NCBI GenBank assembly: GCA_964016885.1
Contig: OZ024743.1
Location: forward strand, 153,636,001-153,700,000
Direction of reading: 5' to 3'
Source: Eledone cirrhosa
Lineage: Eukaryota
Length of the DNA stretch: 64,000 bases
Shown here: positions 13,601 to 26,158 of the stretch, in pieces
Layout: each line of letters begins with the position of its first letter
How positions within the stretch are numbered: position 1 is the stretch's first letter
The notes under the pieces: generated by a model
The model's input: the letters and a program-made list of their open reading frames with translations, nothing else
The model's database searches: none
What the model was told of the DNA's origin: nothing
Made by a program: the position numbers and the translations under genes

Positions 13601-14150
13601 TCTCTCCAGTATCTCCGCTATCTCACCAGATCTACCTGTTACAGTGCCAACATTAAGTGTGGCAACTCTGAGATGCAACGTCTCGTTCTTTTTCCTGTTG
13701 TGCGATTGCCTAATGACGGTCGTGGGTTTCTCCCACATGGCCTCACAAGCCACCCCACTACCGTGCGCAGCCCTGTCATGGTTAGTGTTATTGCTATTTT
13801 CGTAGTTGTTTTTGTGCGATTGCTTGATGACGGTTGGGGGGTTCTCGCACATGGCCGCACCAGCCACCCCACTAACACGGTTAGTGTTATTGCTGTTTAC
13901 ACAGTTGTTGCAAATTTCATTTGTTGCGTTCATAGTGTTTGGCAGTACTATATATATACCGGGTTGGGATCCCTTCCTAACACCAAGACCACTTTACAGC
14001 ATAGACTGGGTGCTTTTATTCATGCCACCAGCACTAGAGAAGCTGTCTTACTGGACTCAGGGGCCCTCTTTACCCCTCCATTTTACAGCATGGACGAGGT
14101 GCTTTTATTCGTGCCACCAGCACTAGGGAAGTTGTCTTACTGGACTTAGG
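10615..14150 (-). mobile_element. Near full-length RTE-clade LINE (AP endonuclease plus RT, disrupted), (ATG)n tail
   Basis: APE motifs ATLNVGT, SAYAP, GDFN, QIDFLL; RT motifs NYRSIKL, AFVDLKKAFD, GVHQGSVLSPLLF, ADDL; C-terminal RRLRWYGHVMR/GRPRKTW. Confidence 0.95.
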
Positions 14151-14349
14151 GGACTTCTCTACCCTGCATCAATTTATTCGGAATGGTAGCTCTCCTAGAC
14201 GGGTTGCCTAGACTACGGCTTGCGGAGCTTCCGTCCACCTCTTGTCTGCTCCATAATATATTCACAAGGGAGTGGTTATCATACAGCGTCGGGAAATGAG
14301 AAGGAAATATGGCTATACGCACAAATTTAAATATCAACATTCACATCAC

Positions 14350-14409
<60 letters not shown>

Positions 14410-15302
14410 CGCGGGTAAAATTCCCGAGATCCATGGACGAGTTTTCTTCAGTGGTCTCTGTCCCTCATTATCGCTGCCATGCCCTGCGTCTTCAACAGAC
14501 CAGTGTCTGTTCTTAGGGCATCAACATATGTTAACCTTGGTCTTCCTCTTCCACTGTGTCCATGCAGGGGCTCCCACAGGAACAATGAGTGCAGTCTCAA
14601 CTCTGGATGTCAGTGAGCATGTCCATATCACCTCAGTCTCCTCTGCGTCAGTTTTGAGCTGACTTTTGGGAGGATCTCGTACAGCTCTGAGTTCTTCATC
14701 CACAGTCTATACTGATTAATGACCATAGCCATCCTCAGCATGTTCGTGTTGCACCCATCCACCATCTGAGTGAGTGTCCAAGTCGCAGACCCATACAGCA
14801 ACAGAGACACCACTACAGCAGTGAAGAGGCGGATCTTCAGGTCTTCATGAAGGTCCGACTTCCACACCGATCTCAAACTCTGGTACGCCGCCCAGGCTTT
14901 GCTCTTCCTCTCAACCACATCATTGACTTTAGGAAGGCGTTTGATTCTGTGGACCATCACTGCCTGATGAAGATCTTACAGGCTTATGGAATCCCCAAGA
15001 AGACAGTGGACCTGATATCAATGCTCTACACCAACACCAAAGTCCAAGTTATTACACCTGATGGGATGACAGAGTTCTTTGAGATACTGGCTGGAGTGAT
15101 CCAGGGAGATACATTGCCCCCCCCCCCCCCATCCTTTTTATCATCGTAATGGACTATTGTATGCACTTTTCACTGGAGAAACACCATGACTCTGGCTTTT
15201 CTGTAACACCGACTCAGAGCAGGAGAGTAAAGGCGAAAAGATATCGGATGCTGAATTTTCCGACGACATAGTTTTGGTGACAAATACAGTGAAGGAGGCA
15301 GA

Positions 15303-15305
<3 letters not shown>
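14410..15305. mobile_element. LINE (RTE-like) insertion with internal inversion, flanked by (TA)n
   Basis: Minus 14410-14905 carries the C-terminus (LLYGSATWTL); plus 14905-15305 carries IDFRKAFDSVDH...GVIQGDTL...FSDDIVL. Confidence 0.85.
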
Positions 15306-15363
<58 letters not shown>

Positions 15364-15402
15364 CACACACACATACACACACACACATACACACACACAC
15401 AT

Positions 15403-15461
<59 letters not shown>

Positions 15462-15598
15462 AAAATCTCATGCAAACCGAAAAGTTTGTAGATACGAACA
15501 ATAATAAACTTAAACTTATCTCAACGCATTTTCCAAATCTTGTTGCACAATCAACCAAACATGACTTCCTGCGTTTAAGACGTGAGCGAATATATATA

Positions 15599-16214
15599 TA
15601 GCTTAAAATGGAATGATAATAAGAAGAAAGCAAGAACGGGGGTGGAGTTTACTTCATCAGTTGTCTACTGGGGGGGTCTTAGATATTTTCACGCTTAAAG
15701 ACAAGAAATCAACCGCCCAGAACGTTCAATAACTGCGTGAGTTATTGGGAAAACGGAGGAGGAAGGGGAGGAAAATAGAAGGGAAAAGGGGAGAAAAGAG
15801 TAAACAGCAAAAAAAACCCAACAAACCGAGCAATGTGCGTGCAACTTAAGGTAAAAAAATCCAAGAGCACAGCGATGAGAGAACTTAGGTTCAAAAGCGT
15901 GTGGGCAAGCGAAAAGACACGTCTAACCCCAGCGAGTTGTAAGTGAGAAAAGGACTACTAGGGGCTTAGGTGAGGGAAACAATGAAGGGGCAGGCAAATA
16001 GAGGATGAGTGAAAGTGAGAGGGAGACAGAGAGAGGAAGAAAGAGGGGTAAGTGTAGATAGTAATAAAATAGGTAGGTAGAAGGAGATAGAAGACTGGTC
16101 ACAGCGAAACATGATAAAATATATGGAGAATAGGATTGGCTGTGTAGTTGCTAGTTAATGTAGCTTAAAATGGAGTGGGAATAATAAGAAAGCAAGAACG
16201 GGGGGTGGGGAGTA
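15599..16214. repeat. TA-embedded non-coding module with ~50-bp terminal direct repeats
   Basis: TAGCTTAAAATGGA...AAGAAAGCAAGAACGGGGGTGG at 15599-15650 and 16161-16214. Confidence 0.65.
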
Positions 16215-16304
16215 TATATATATACTGCCAGTAGAAGAAAGACGGAGAGGGGGTGGAGGAAGCCACCAATCCTTGTGACAATCCCTTTTACCATATATGG
16301 AATT

Positions 16305-16400
16305 ACCCCCTGAGAAACTCGGCTATTCATATACCAGGATAAAAATGTTCATTTAGTCCAGAATTAGCCGTCGAAACGGCTTGAGCTCAGCCGTCGGGGT
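16305..16400 (+). ncRNA. Type I hammerhead ribozyme with stable stem III; core variant CUGAGAA
   Basis: ACCCC CUGAGAA ..CGGCUAUUC..GAAuUAGCCG.. GAAA CGGCU ugagcuc AGCCG UC GGGGU. Confidence 0.7.
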
Positions 16401-16412
16401 CCTACTCGTTCC

Positions 16413-16452
<40 letters not shown>

Positions 16453-16626
16453 CATAAATATATATATATATACACATATATATATATACATATATATACA
16501 TATATATATACATATATATACATGTATATATATACATATATATATACATATATATACATACACACACATATATATATATATATATACGATATTAATAAAT
16601 GGAAACTATATTTATAAAACCATATT

Positions 16627-16691
16627 TATTTCATTATACATATTTCAAGGATACCATGTTAAATTATGGTATGCCTTCATCAGACAAAATA
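16627..16691 (-). ncRNA. Minimal hammerhead ribozyme
   Basis: UAUUUUGU CUGAUGA AGGcAUACCAU aauuuaac AUGGUAUcCUU GAAA U augu A UA AUGAAAUA. Confidence 0.8.
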
Positions 16692-17033
16692 CAATATATA
16701 CCAGTTTTATAAATAAACATTGACGTACCCTTTCAAAATGCGATCTTTACGTTTGGAAGACATCAGGATAGTGGTTTGTTTATTTTAATAAGTCGTTGTG
16801 TTATGGAGAAGGAAAAAGACGGAGAGAGAGAGAAACCGAGAGAGATAAAAGAGGAGAAAAGAAAGGGAGAGATAAATAAAGAAAAAGAAGACAGAAAAAA
16901 GAAAAAAAGAAAACAGAGAAAAACAACAGAGAGATATCAAACAACCAGACAGAGAGAAAAAATCAAGAGAGAGAAATATAGAGATAAAGAGAGGGGGTAC
17001 GTCAATGTTTATTTATAAAACTGGTATATATTG

Positions 17034-17098
17034 TATTTTGTCTGATGAAGGCATACCATAATTTAACATGGTATCCTTGAAATATGTATAATGAAATA
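17034..17098 (+). ncRNA. Minimal hammerhead ribozyme (inverted copy of 16627-16691)
   Basis: Same fold on the plus strand, overlapping an AATAAA at its 3' end. Confidence 0.8.
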
Positions 17099-17544
17099 AA
17101 TATGGTTTTATAAATATAGTTTCCATTTATTAATATCGTATATTTACTCCAAATACTTGTCGAGTGCTTTATATCAGTTACAAAAATATTTGCTTGTTGT
17201 ATCCCAACAATTTAAATAGAACTTTTGCATATATATATATATATATAAATAAATACATACATATACATAAATATATAAATACATATATACATACATATAT
17301 ATAGTTATAGAGGTGCGTATATACATTTTAATTTATATTTTTAATTATTGTGTGCCTACCCTGCCTTTCATAGGTTATAGATTCCATACACTAGTGGTTT
17401 TTTCCTGTTTTATTGATGGCGCACTATCTCTCTCCAGTGTGTTACCTTTTCAACATATTGTATTTTAAAGAGCTCAGGATTCCCTTTACTTTGAGTACAT
17501 TATTGACAGGGAATAACGAGAGTCTATGGCTCCGTTAATTTATT

Positions 17545-17578
<34 letters not shown>

Positions 17579-17717
17579 AATAAATTAAATGTTTTACATT
17601 GAACTTACTGGTAATAAGGTAGTAATACAATACTGCCTACCGCTATTTAGGGTGTGTGTAAAATACTTACAACTGCTTAAGGTTTTGTAGTTACATAACC
17701 ATAAATAGTATAACTAA

Positions 17718-17765
<48 letters not shown>

Positions 17766-17956
17766 TTATGTTTGTTAGTTCACCACTGGATAGAACTGGT
17801 CATTCCATATAGTTAACTTTGATGTAATATTAGGGAGAGTATTCGATGTAATGCAACTCACCCGTCTTCGTTTGTGTAGTGGGTGGTGCGAGTACAGAGT
17901 TGATTATTATAAAATAATAGGAGGCTGGACTGGTGTAATTCCTTAAAAGGTTTATT

Positions 17957-18014
17957 ATACTATGATCATTTCAGTGACCGGGTTCAGTATGAATCCGGTG
18001 ACATCATCAGGTAT
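17957..18014 (-). ncRNA. Minimal hammerhead ribozyme with palindromic stem III (UGAUCA)
   Basis: AUAC CUGAUGA uGUcACCGG..CCGGUcACu GAAA UGAUCA UA GUAU aauaaa. Confidence 0.8.
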
Positions 18015-18141
18015 TCGAAATTTAACATAGGAATATAATATAAGGCGGCCGACCGAGCTAGAAGCTGCTAAATGTTCAGCCGCCTTCTTGTCTTTTCAGC
18101 CCCATGGATTTTGTCTATTATATTCCATTGTTAAATTTCGA

Positions 18142-18199
18142 ATACCTTCTGATGTCACTGGATTCATACTGAACCCGGTCACTGAAATCATCATAGCAT
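18142..18199 (+). ncRNA. Mutated hammerhead copy (core CUUCUGA) in inverted arm
   Basis: Inverted copy of 17957-18014 with core and stem III substitutions. Confidence 0.55.
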
Positions 18200-18476
18200 A
18201 ATAAATCTTTTAAGGAACTACACCAGTCCAGCCTCCTGTTATTTTATAATAATTATAATGTATATATATATATGAATGTATGTATAGTATATTTAGCAAT
18301 ATACTGTATGTTCAATTAAAAACATTTAGAAGACCATTCGCTATGAGATTTAAAGTAGTGACTATGTCAATTACTTATTCTCGGCAAAAACAACAGAGAG
18401 CGGCCAGCAGATAGTCTGTTTCTCACTTGTGAGTGTTTATCAAGACCATACGTTTAGTTGCTTTTTAAGCTGTATT

Positions 18477-18516
<40 letters not shown>

Positions 18517-18519
<3 letters not shown>

Positions 18520-19724
18520 CTTTAGGTTTGTTGGTTCACCATTGGATAGAACTGGTCATTCCGTATGGTCAATCCTGGTGTAATATTGTGAAGAGTACTC
18601 AACGCAGTGCAGTTTACCCATCTTCGTTTGTGTAGTTGGTGGTGCGAATACGGATTTAATTATAAATAAAATAAAATAATAGGAGGCTGGACTGCTGTAA
18701 ATGCTTGAAATGTGTATTATATTATGATCATTTCAATGACCGAGTTCCATATGAATCCGGTGATATCATCAGGTATTGGAATATAACAAAGGAATATGTA
18801 AAGAACCATGGGTCCGAAAAATCAGAGACAGAGAAAAAGAGGACGTCTGACCAACTAGCTGCTCGGCCAGTCGCCCTCAAAGTGGTGGAAACTGAATCTA
18901 CTAATGAACATCTGCTGAGGGGGCGAAGGCTTATAATGCACTACCACCTCTCCGTCAAAGAAAAAGGGGAAGAAAGAAAGAAAGGGAGAAGGAAGTCAGT
19001 GTGAGGGTCACACTACATTCATGCTAGAAAATGCCGCGAAAAAATTTTACTCCAAAGAATCTATAATGGGTGTCTGTATGGTCTAATGTGTGAACCGTAG
19101 ATTGGAACGTTTAACTTATGTTGCGAGTTATAGGATGAAATTAAATTAAATTAAACATATTAAATTGCAAAATGATAAATTGAAAAATAAGTTATTAGAG
19201 AATTAGAGGTTAAGGTAGCGAGATTTATTTATTTAATGAACTTACGGAGAGAGTCTTATATGAAAAAAATTATCTCGATAAGATATTAGGATGGGATATA
19301 GAGTAAAGATTTCGATTGGGAGTCCCAGCCAACACCCCCCTCCCCACCATGAGTCAGCCAGTCTCGAGTGGTATCGTCCAGTGAAAGAAATGGAAATTAA
19401 TTTTTCCGAGTACTCTAGGAACTTTAGGCCCCGGGAGCGCTAGCGGGAACTCCATAATTTCGACAGGCCATCGTCTATACCAAACGAATACTATTAAATC
19501 ACACATGAGGGGTTTATTTACGTGCCAGTAGAGGCATGACACAGCTAATAGTTATGCCTAAACCTGGAGTTTATAGGTATAAGTATAATATGGCGGCCAA
19601 AACAGGCGGCGCGGTGGAACCGTGGCACTCGGAAAGTTCAGCCTTCCTTGAGTGCTCGGAAAAATAAATTTCTCCTCTTTCGGTAAACGAAATTACTCGG
19701 AATGGTTGCCTCCTGTTATTTTAT

Positions 19725-19735
<11 letters not shown>
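18517..19735. mobile_element. TA-embedded HHR element, family B, copy 2 (1.2 kb, short inverted end)
   Basis: Start is homologous to 17761; end GCCTCCTGTTATTTTATTTTATTTATA inverts 18661-18687. Confidence 0.75.
18719..18776 (-). ncRNA. Minimal hammerhead ribozyme, family B
   Basis: CUGAUGA uAUcACCGG..UCGGUcAUu GAAA UGAUCA UA; one stem I mismatch. Confidence 0.7.
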
Positions 19736-19787
<52 letters not shown>

Positions 19788-19788
19788 C

Positions 19789-19972
19789 TTATGTATTTCC
19801 TTAGAAAAGGTAAAGGAAAGAAGAGTGCTCTATGTATAGTACAAAGCTATTTAATTACATAATAAAAAACACAATATAATTATTCCATTACCAAAGATTT
19901 CAGGAATTAAATAGCTCTATACAATACATAGAGCACTCTGCTTTCCTTTACCTTTTCTACGGAAATGCATAA
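19789..19972. repeat. Imperfect inverted repeat (~68-bp arms) next to (TA)(TG)n
   Basis: TTATGTATTTCC..GAGTGCTCTATGTAT..GCTATTTAATT vs AATTAAATAGC..ATACATAGAGCACTC..GGAAATGCATAA. Confidence 0.85.
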
Positions 19973-20248
19973 CACATAAACAGCTCCCACCGGGAATGAA
20001 ATGTATATCTGAATCTATGTGTACATGTACTTTTTTCGTTATTTTAATTCAGCCTCACTTTCATTTTTAATAGATTTTAATTTCAAATTTTATATCCATG
20101 TAGTATGCAGAGTATAAATAGATTTAAAAGAGACAGAGCCAGAGTTACAGCATATGTATAAACTTTATTTGCATATTTATATGCAAATAAGATTTTTACA
20201 TATGCTGCAAAGCCGACTTCGACTCAGATAAATATTTCTGTCTCTCTT

Positions 20249-20310
<62 letters not shown>

Positions 20311-20341
<31 letters not shown>

Positions 20342-20615
20342 GTTTAACGTCCATATTCCACGCTTGCATGGGTTTGGACGGGAGTTTTCCCACTTGAGGC
20401 AAGAGTGGTTGTCTTGCTCGTATAGGACTGTCTGGCGGGTTTTCTACGGCTGGATACCCTTCCTAACACCAACCACGTTTACAGTGTGGACTGGGAGGTT
20501 TTTACCGTGTTACCTACACGGCCACATTACAGCGTGGACTGTGTGTTTTTTTGTCGTGACACCTACACGACCTCATTTGTTTCGGCTTGGATGTTGTGGT
20601 ACCAACATAACATAA
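20311..20615 (-). mobile_element. RTE-dependent non-autonomous element (45-bp repeats plus RTE tail)
   Basis: Homologous to 2101-2370; (CAT)n tail. Confidence 0.8.
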
Positions 20616-20804
20616 TTTTACATGTCTCCCCCATATTCATATCAAGAGCAGGTTAGTGGTTGAGTTTATGGTGTTTGTGTCAGCAAATATGAATGGTGCT
20701 TGATGGAGGAATTATGGATGGTATTTTGGATCTAGTATAGTCATTAAGATCATAATTAGCTTTGTTTTAATGAGTATATTATATTTACGTATAGGGACAT
20801 TCAG

Positions 20805-22025
20805 TGTCTGTCAAAGAGAAGCATGAGATTGTCAAGTCCACGCTAGCTGATGAACAGTGTGGTTTTCACCCTGAACACAGTACAGCCAACCAAATATTTG
20901 CACTACATCAGGTCTTCACAAAATCGTTGGAGTATTGCCAAAAGTTACATACTTGCTTCGTCAACCTTGAAAAGGCATATAACTGCGTCCCTTGAGACCT
21001 GCTCTGAAGGTTCTGCAGGAGTATAGGATCTATGGCCAGCTTCTTGTTGTCCTGATATCTCATGCCCACGTATTTGTGTTCGATTAAATGGTGTTAAATT
21101 GAAAACATTCAATGTGGGTGTCGGATTCCGCCAAGAGTGCATACTGTCACCTCTCTTGTTCATTATTTAAAATGAACAGGATTGACTTGCGCAGCCAGGC
21201 TGGAAGTGGTATCATAACTGGCAGGTCAGCTGGAATTTGCAGACAGTATGATGTTACTTAACTCAAAAGAAGGTGATCTCCGAATTGCACTCAATAGGTT
21301 TGATGTTGAGTTCTGCATGATTGCAATGAAAATCAGTGCTGTGAAAACTGACATGCTCGTCCTCTAAAGGAAGCCTGTGCAGTACTCTCTACATGTAAAT
21401 AGTGTTTCACTGAGGCTGGTAAAGAAATCAAAATATCTTGGGCTACATTCACAAGTAATGGAATGCAGGAAGCTGAATTTAATGCAAGAATTGCAAGAGC
21501 TGGTGCAGTTATGTACCAGCTTCAGCATTCAGTAATCAGAAGAAGGGAGGTAGGCATAAAAGCAAAACTCGCTATCTTCAATTCAGTATTCGTGCCCACC
21601 CTTAAGTATAGAGATGAATCTTGAGTAATTACTAAAAGAATATGATGATGACTATAGGTGGCTGAAATGGGGTTATTCTGAAGGTTCTTTGGAGTAAAGT
21701 TACTTGATAGAATACATAGCTCAGAAAAAAGAGAGGCACTCCAGATAGAGCTGCTACTTCTCTAAATTGAAAGATCACAGCTCCAATACTATGGGCATGT
21801 AGTTAGAATGTCTCAGGAAAGTATCGCTGGACAGATTTTATGAGCAAAACCAAACGGCAGCAGAACCTGGGGTAGACCTTGAGCAAGATGGTTGGATAAC
21901 ATCCATGAGCTTGGCTGGTCTTGCCCAATCAGTTGGAGATGGTTTCTTTAGACATGAACGCTGGAAGGAGTATTTGAGGACTCTGCTCCCATGATCCCCT
22001 CAGGAATATGTGAGCGAAGAAGATC
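20805..22025 (+). mobile_element. Degenerate RTE LINE, second family (RT to 3' end)
   Basis: EQCGFHP, CFVNLEKAYN, G.RQECILSPLLF; homologous to 52495-53546 and 27290-27950. Confidence 0.85.
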
Positions 22026-22056
22026 TATGTATTTTACGGTCCTATTTATTTATTTA

Positions 22057-23010
<954 letters not shown>

Positions 23011-24639
23011 CAGATTCAGGGGTTGTAAAGCATTTAGTTTGACACCTGAATGCTTCCATTTATCCGATTATCTTCGTGGAAGTCCTCCAGGGCTAGCTGA
23101 TTTGGGTGTTTTTATGTGGTTGCTTGGTCTGCATTATATAGTAGTCAGAGATTGCTGAAGATAGAATGGGCATTCCAATGGCTCCGAACCCCTTTTTGTG
23201 ACAAACTTTTCTCTATTCTCCTAAATCTGCAATTTCTCCTAAGGATGGAATTAATAGTTCAATAACTCTGAATCTTCTTTGTGGCAAAAATACAAGGTCA
23301 ATGTTGATGATTTCTTCTAAGAAAAAATACCAAGATAGATATATTTAGAAGCAATCAACCCCCACCCACCCCACCCCACGTTAACTCTAAGGTCACCCAG
23401 CCTTTCAAACCAATCCCAGCTGAAACTTGTATCCACTCCTCAAAGGGTTACACACAGTACCCTTCCAACAATACTCTTTCCTTTTCTCCTCTCCCCTCTT
23501 TCCTCTACCCTCTCCTTCTACCTGTCACAACCAAGCTATAAGCAGAGTAGGACGGACACAGAGAAATGACTTCTTTGAATGAACATGTATGTGAAAATGA
23601 ATTTTTTTTCTTCCCCTTTTTATTTTATTTTCATTGTACAAATATGCAACTAAACAATATTCTGCATATCCGCAATTGACAAAGCATTTAATGCTGAACC
23701 CGGTATTGTAAGTAAATTCATGTTTTGATATCTCACTGAAAAAAATCTCTTCAACATTTTCTACTGAAAGAATCTTTTTCCTTTCTACTATTTGTTTATA
23801 TATATATATATATATATATACCATCATCCATCATATATATATAATGAAGAATAAGTATGCATAATAGCTTTTTACATCAGTTTATTCAGAAATTATCCAT
23901 AACAAATGTTTCAGTGTGTTTGATGACTATACAATGTGTTGATCTGGTCTCTTCAGATGGTCTTCTGAGATCTATGTGTTGACGTGTTGGATGCAATGCT
24001 CTAATTGGTCATCTACCTGTATAATATAATATATATATATATATATCATCACCATCATCATCATCATTTTACGCATATAGTTATTATTTTTTGTTATATA
24101 GAATAAAAGTGGTGCAAGGCAAAACATGAAGAAAGAACTTAATATGTTTGTTAGAGCCTATTTTTTAACAGTTACTTCAAATGTTTCATTGTGTATTTAT
24201 TTATAGATATGTGTGCGTATGTGTACATGTGTGTGTATTTGTTTGTATATGGTACTTTATCAACTTCAATTTTCTTTCTTATTTATCATAGTATCTCTTA
24301 CAGGCTTATTAGGTATCAATTTTACATGCATCTAACTTTTTTCTTGACTGGATTTACGTTTAGTATTTCTACATTCTCTGACACTTTTGCGATCATTTTC
24401 CCACTTTTAAAATTCTGATTGTTTCTTCATCTTTCTTTCCACCTCTTTCTTTCTGTGCCTTTCACTTTCTATGTCTCTATCTCTGTAACATATACAAATG
24501 CATGTATGTTAACATACATATGTACTTGCAAACATAAATACATGTACTTATGCACTTATGCACACATGCATACATATATACTTACATATAGCTATGCAAG
24601 CATACATACATACATCTGTGCATGCATGTATGCATGCAT

Positions 24640-24706
24640 ACATACATACATACATACATACATACATACATACATACATACATACATACATACATACATA
24701 CATACA
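24640..24706. repeat. (CATA)n microsatellite
   Basis: Direct inspection. Confidence 0.95.
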
Positions 24707-24779
24707 TAGCATGTGTGCATACATAGCATACATATATATATGGTAGGTCAAACTGACATGCCAAATGCAATTCCCATAG

Positions 24780-25960
24780 CACAGAAATCTTGTAATGAAG
24801 AATGAAAACATCAACTTGGCAGAGAACTATAGGTCTATTGCTTGCTTCAATATGATGTAACCCATAATTTCTTTGTTGATAATCTAAAAATCTGCACTAG
24901 TGATATCTACATCAGTGAGAAACAGCTGTATGTAATGATAATATTGTCAACAAATATACAAATGGAATGTAGTCAGAGTAAATGTTCTTATTTGACAGTT
25001 GAAAATAGGAAAACCACTGCGCAAACAAGAAACATTAACATCAATAATATTTCTATCCCTATTTTTCCACCCAAGAGTGCTACAAATATCTAGGTATTGA
25101 TGCAAATATTTGATACAAAGGTGTTATGAAAACGATAGTGTCCAAATGAATATGAAATTAGTCTTTTAAACATATTCAACCCAGAGCTTTACTATCAGAA
25201 TAAAGCTATATCCTACAATGCATTTTCTGTAGACGTATATTTGATATACTCAACAGAACTATAGATATTAAAACACATAAGATTCTGACATTAGTTGAAG
25301 ATTCCACAGAATGAATGATATTAGAATGCTCTATTGCAGAAAAAATGATACAAGTGACTTAAAATTCACCCCAAAGACCATAAATATTGTATTATATTCC
25401 CCCAATATTGTTTGCAAAACAACAGCAAAATTTAACTGCATCACCTAAGTTCACATAAATGTAAATAGAATTTTATGAATTGAAAGTGAAGTCCTCAAGA
25501 AATACTCAGTTCTTGATGAAATCTTGTGACATCCAAAATACTGGATGAATGAACCTCAAAAAATGACCTTGGTGAAAAACACTCAGCATGCAAGTAAAAG
25601 TTTATGCATATTTCTCATAAATTGAAAAGGGGTGATAATATTCAGAGGAAGTGTTGTTAGCACTTATGGCTGTTACATCATATTTTGAAGGGGGTGCTTT
25701 TCAAGTCCTGGAGCAGATGATCATTATAAAGTAACTGTTGCACAAAAAAAAAACAGTCAATATGCGACAGAAAAATGACAATTACGTCAGACATCTCTGT
25801 CCAGAAATATTCTATGAATATGGCATTATTGATAAAACAATATGCAATGTTATTTTCCAGAAGAACAGTACAGGGGAAAATATTAAGAATAAACATTTCC
25901 GATGTTTAGAATATACATAAATTCCATCAGAAAGAATATTGGCGAAATATTCTCATCAAA
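24780..25960 (+). mobile_element. Highly degenerate non-LTR retrotransposon, R4/Dong-like RT
   Basis: ENYRSIAC, THNFFVDNLKI, SKCSYL, YKYLGI remnants; boundaries approximate. Confidence 0.5.
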
Positions 25961-26121
25961 ACCTCAACTAAATGCAACACCATAAGCATGATATAAAACA
26001 AAAACAAAAGAAAGAAAAAAAGAACCTGTAGCATTGTAAGATTTTCTGTTTCCTCATTGATACCACATGGCTTCAACACACACGCACACAAACACATACA
26101 CACACACACACACATATACAC

Positions 26122-26158
<37 letters not shown>

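Larger units (their letters stand above)
16582..17230. mobile_element. Fold-back TA-embedded element (probably Penelope-derived) with ~149-bp inverted arms
   Basis: Arms 16582-16730 and 16995-17143 around a purine-rich spacer; second family member at 35193-35500. Confidence 0.8.
17761..18255. mobile_element. Fold-back TA-embedded HHR element, family B, copy 1
   Basis: Imperfect inverted arms 17901-18027 and 18129-18253; the first ~270 bp are homologous to 18517-18800. Confidence 0.8.

Noticed and set aside
14150-14330. Possible HDV-like ribozyme 5' of the RTE (CTAGGCAACCCGTCTAGGAG)
   Set aside because: Could not assemble P1/P2/P3 by eye; needs a descriptor search.
15650-15700. Possible type II hammerhead on the minus strand
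   Set aside because: Stems I and II do not pair.
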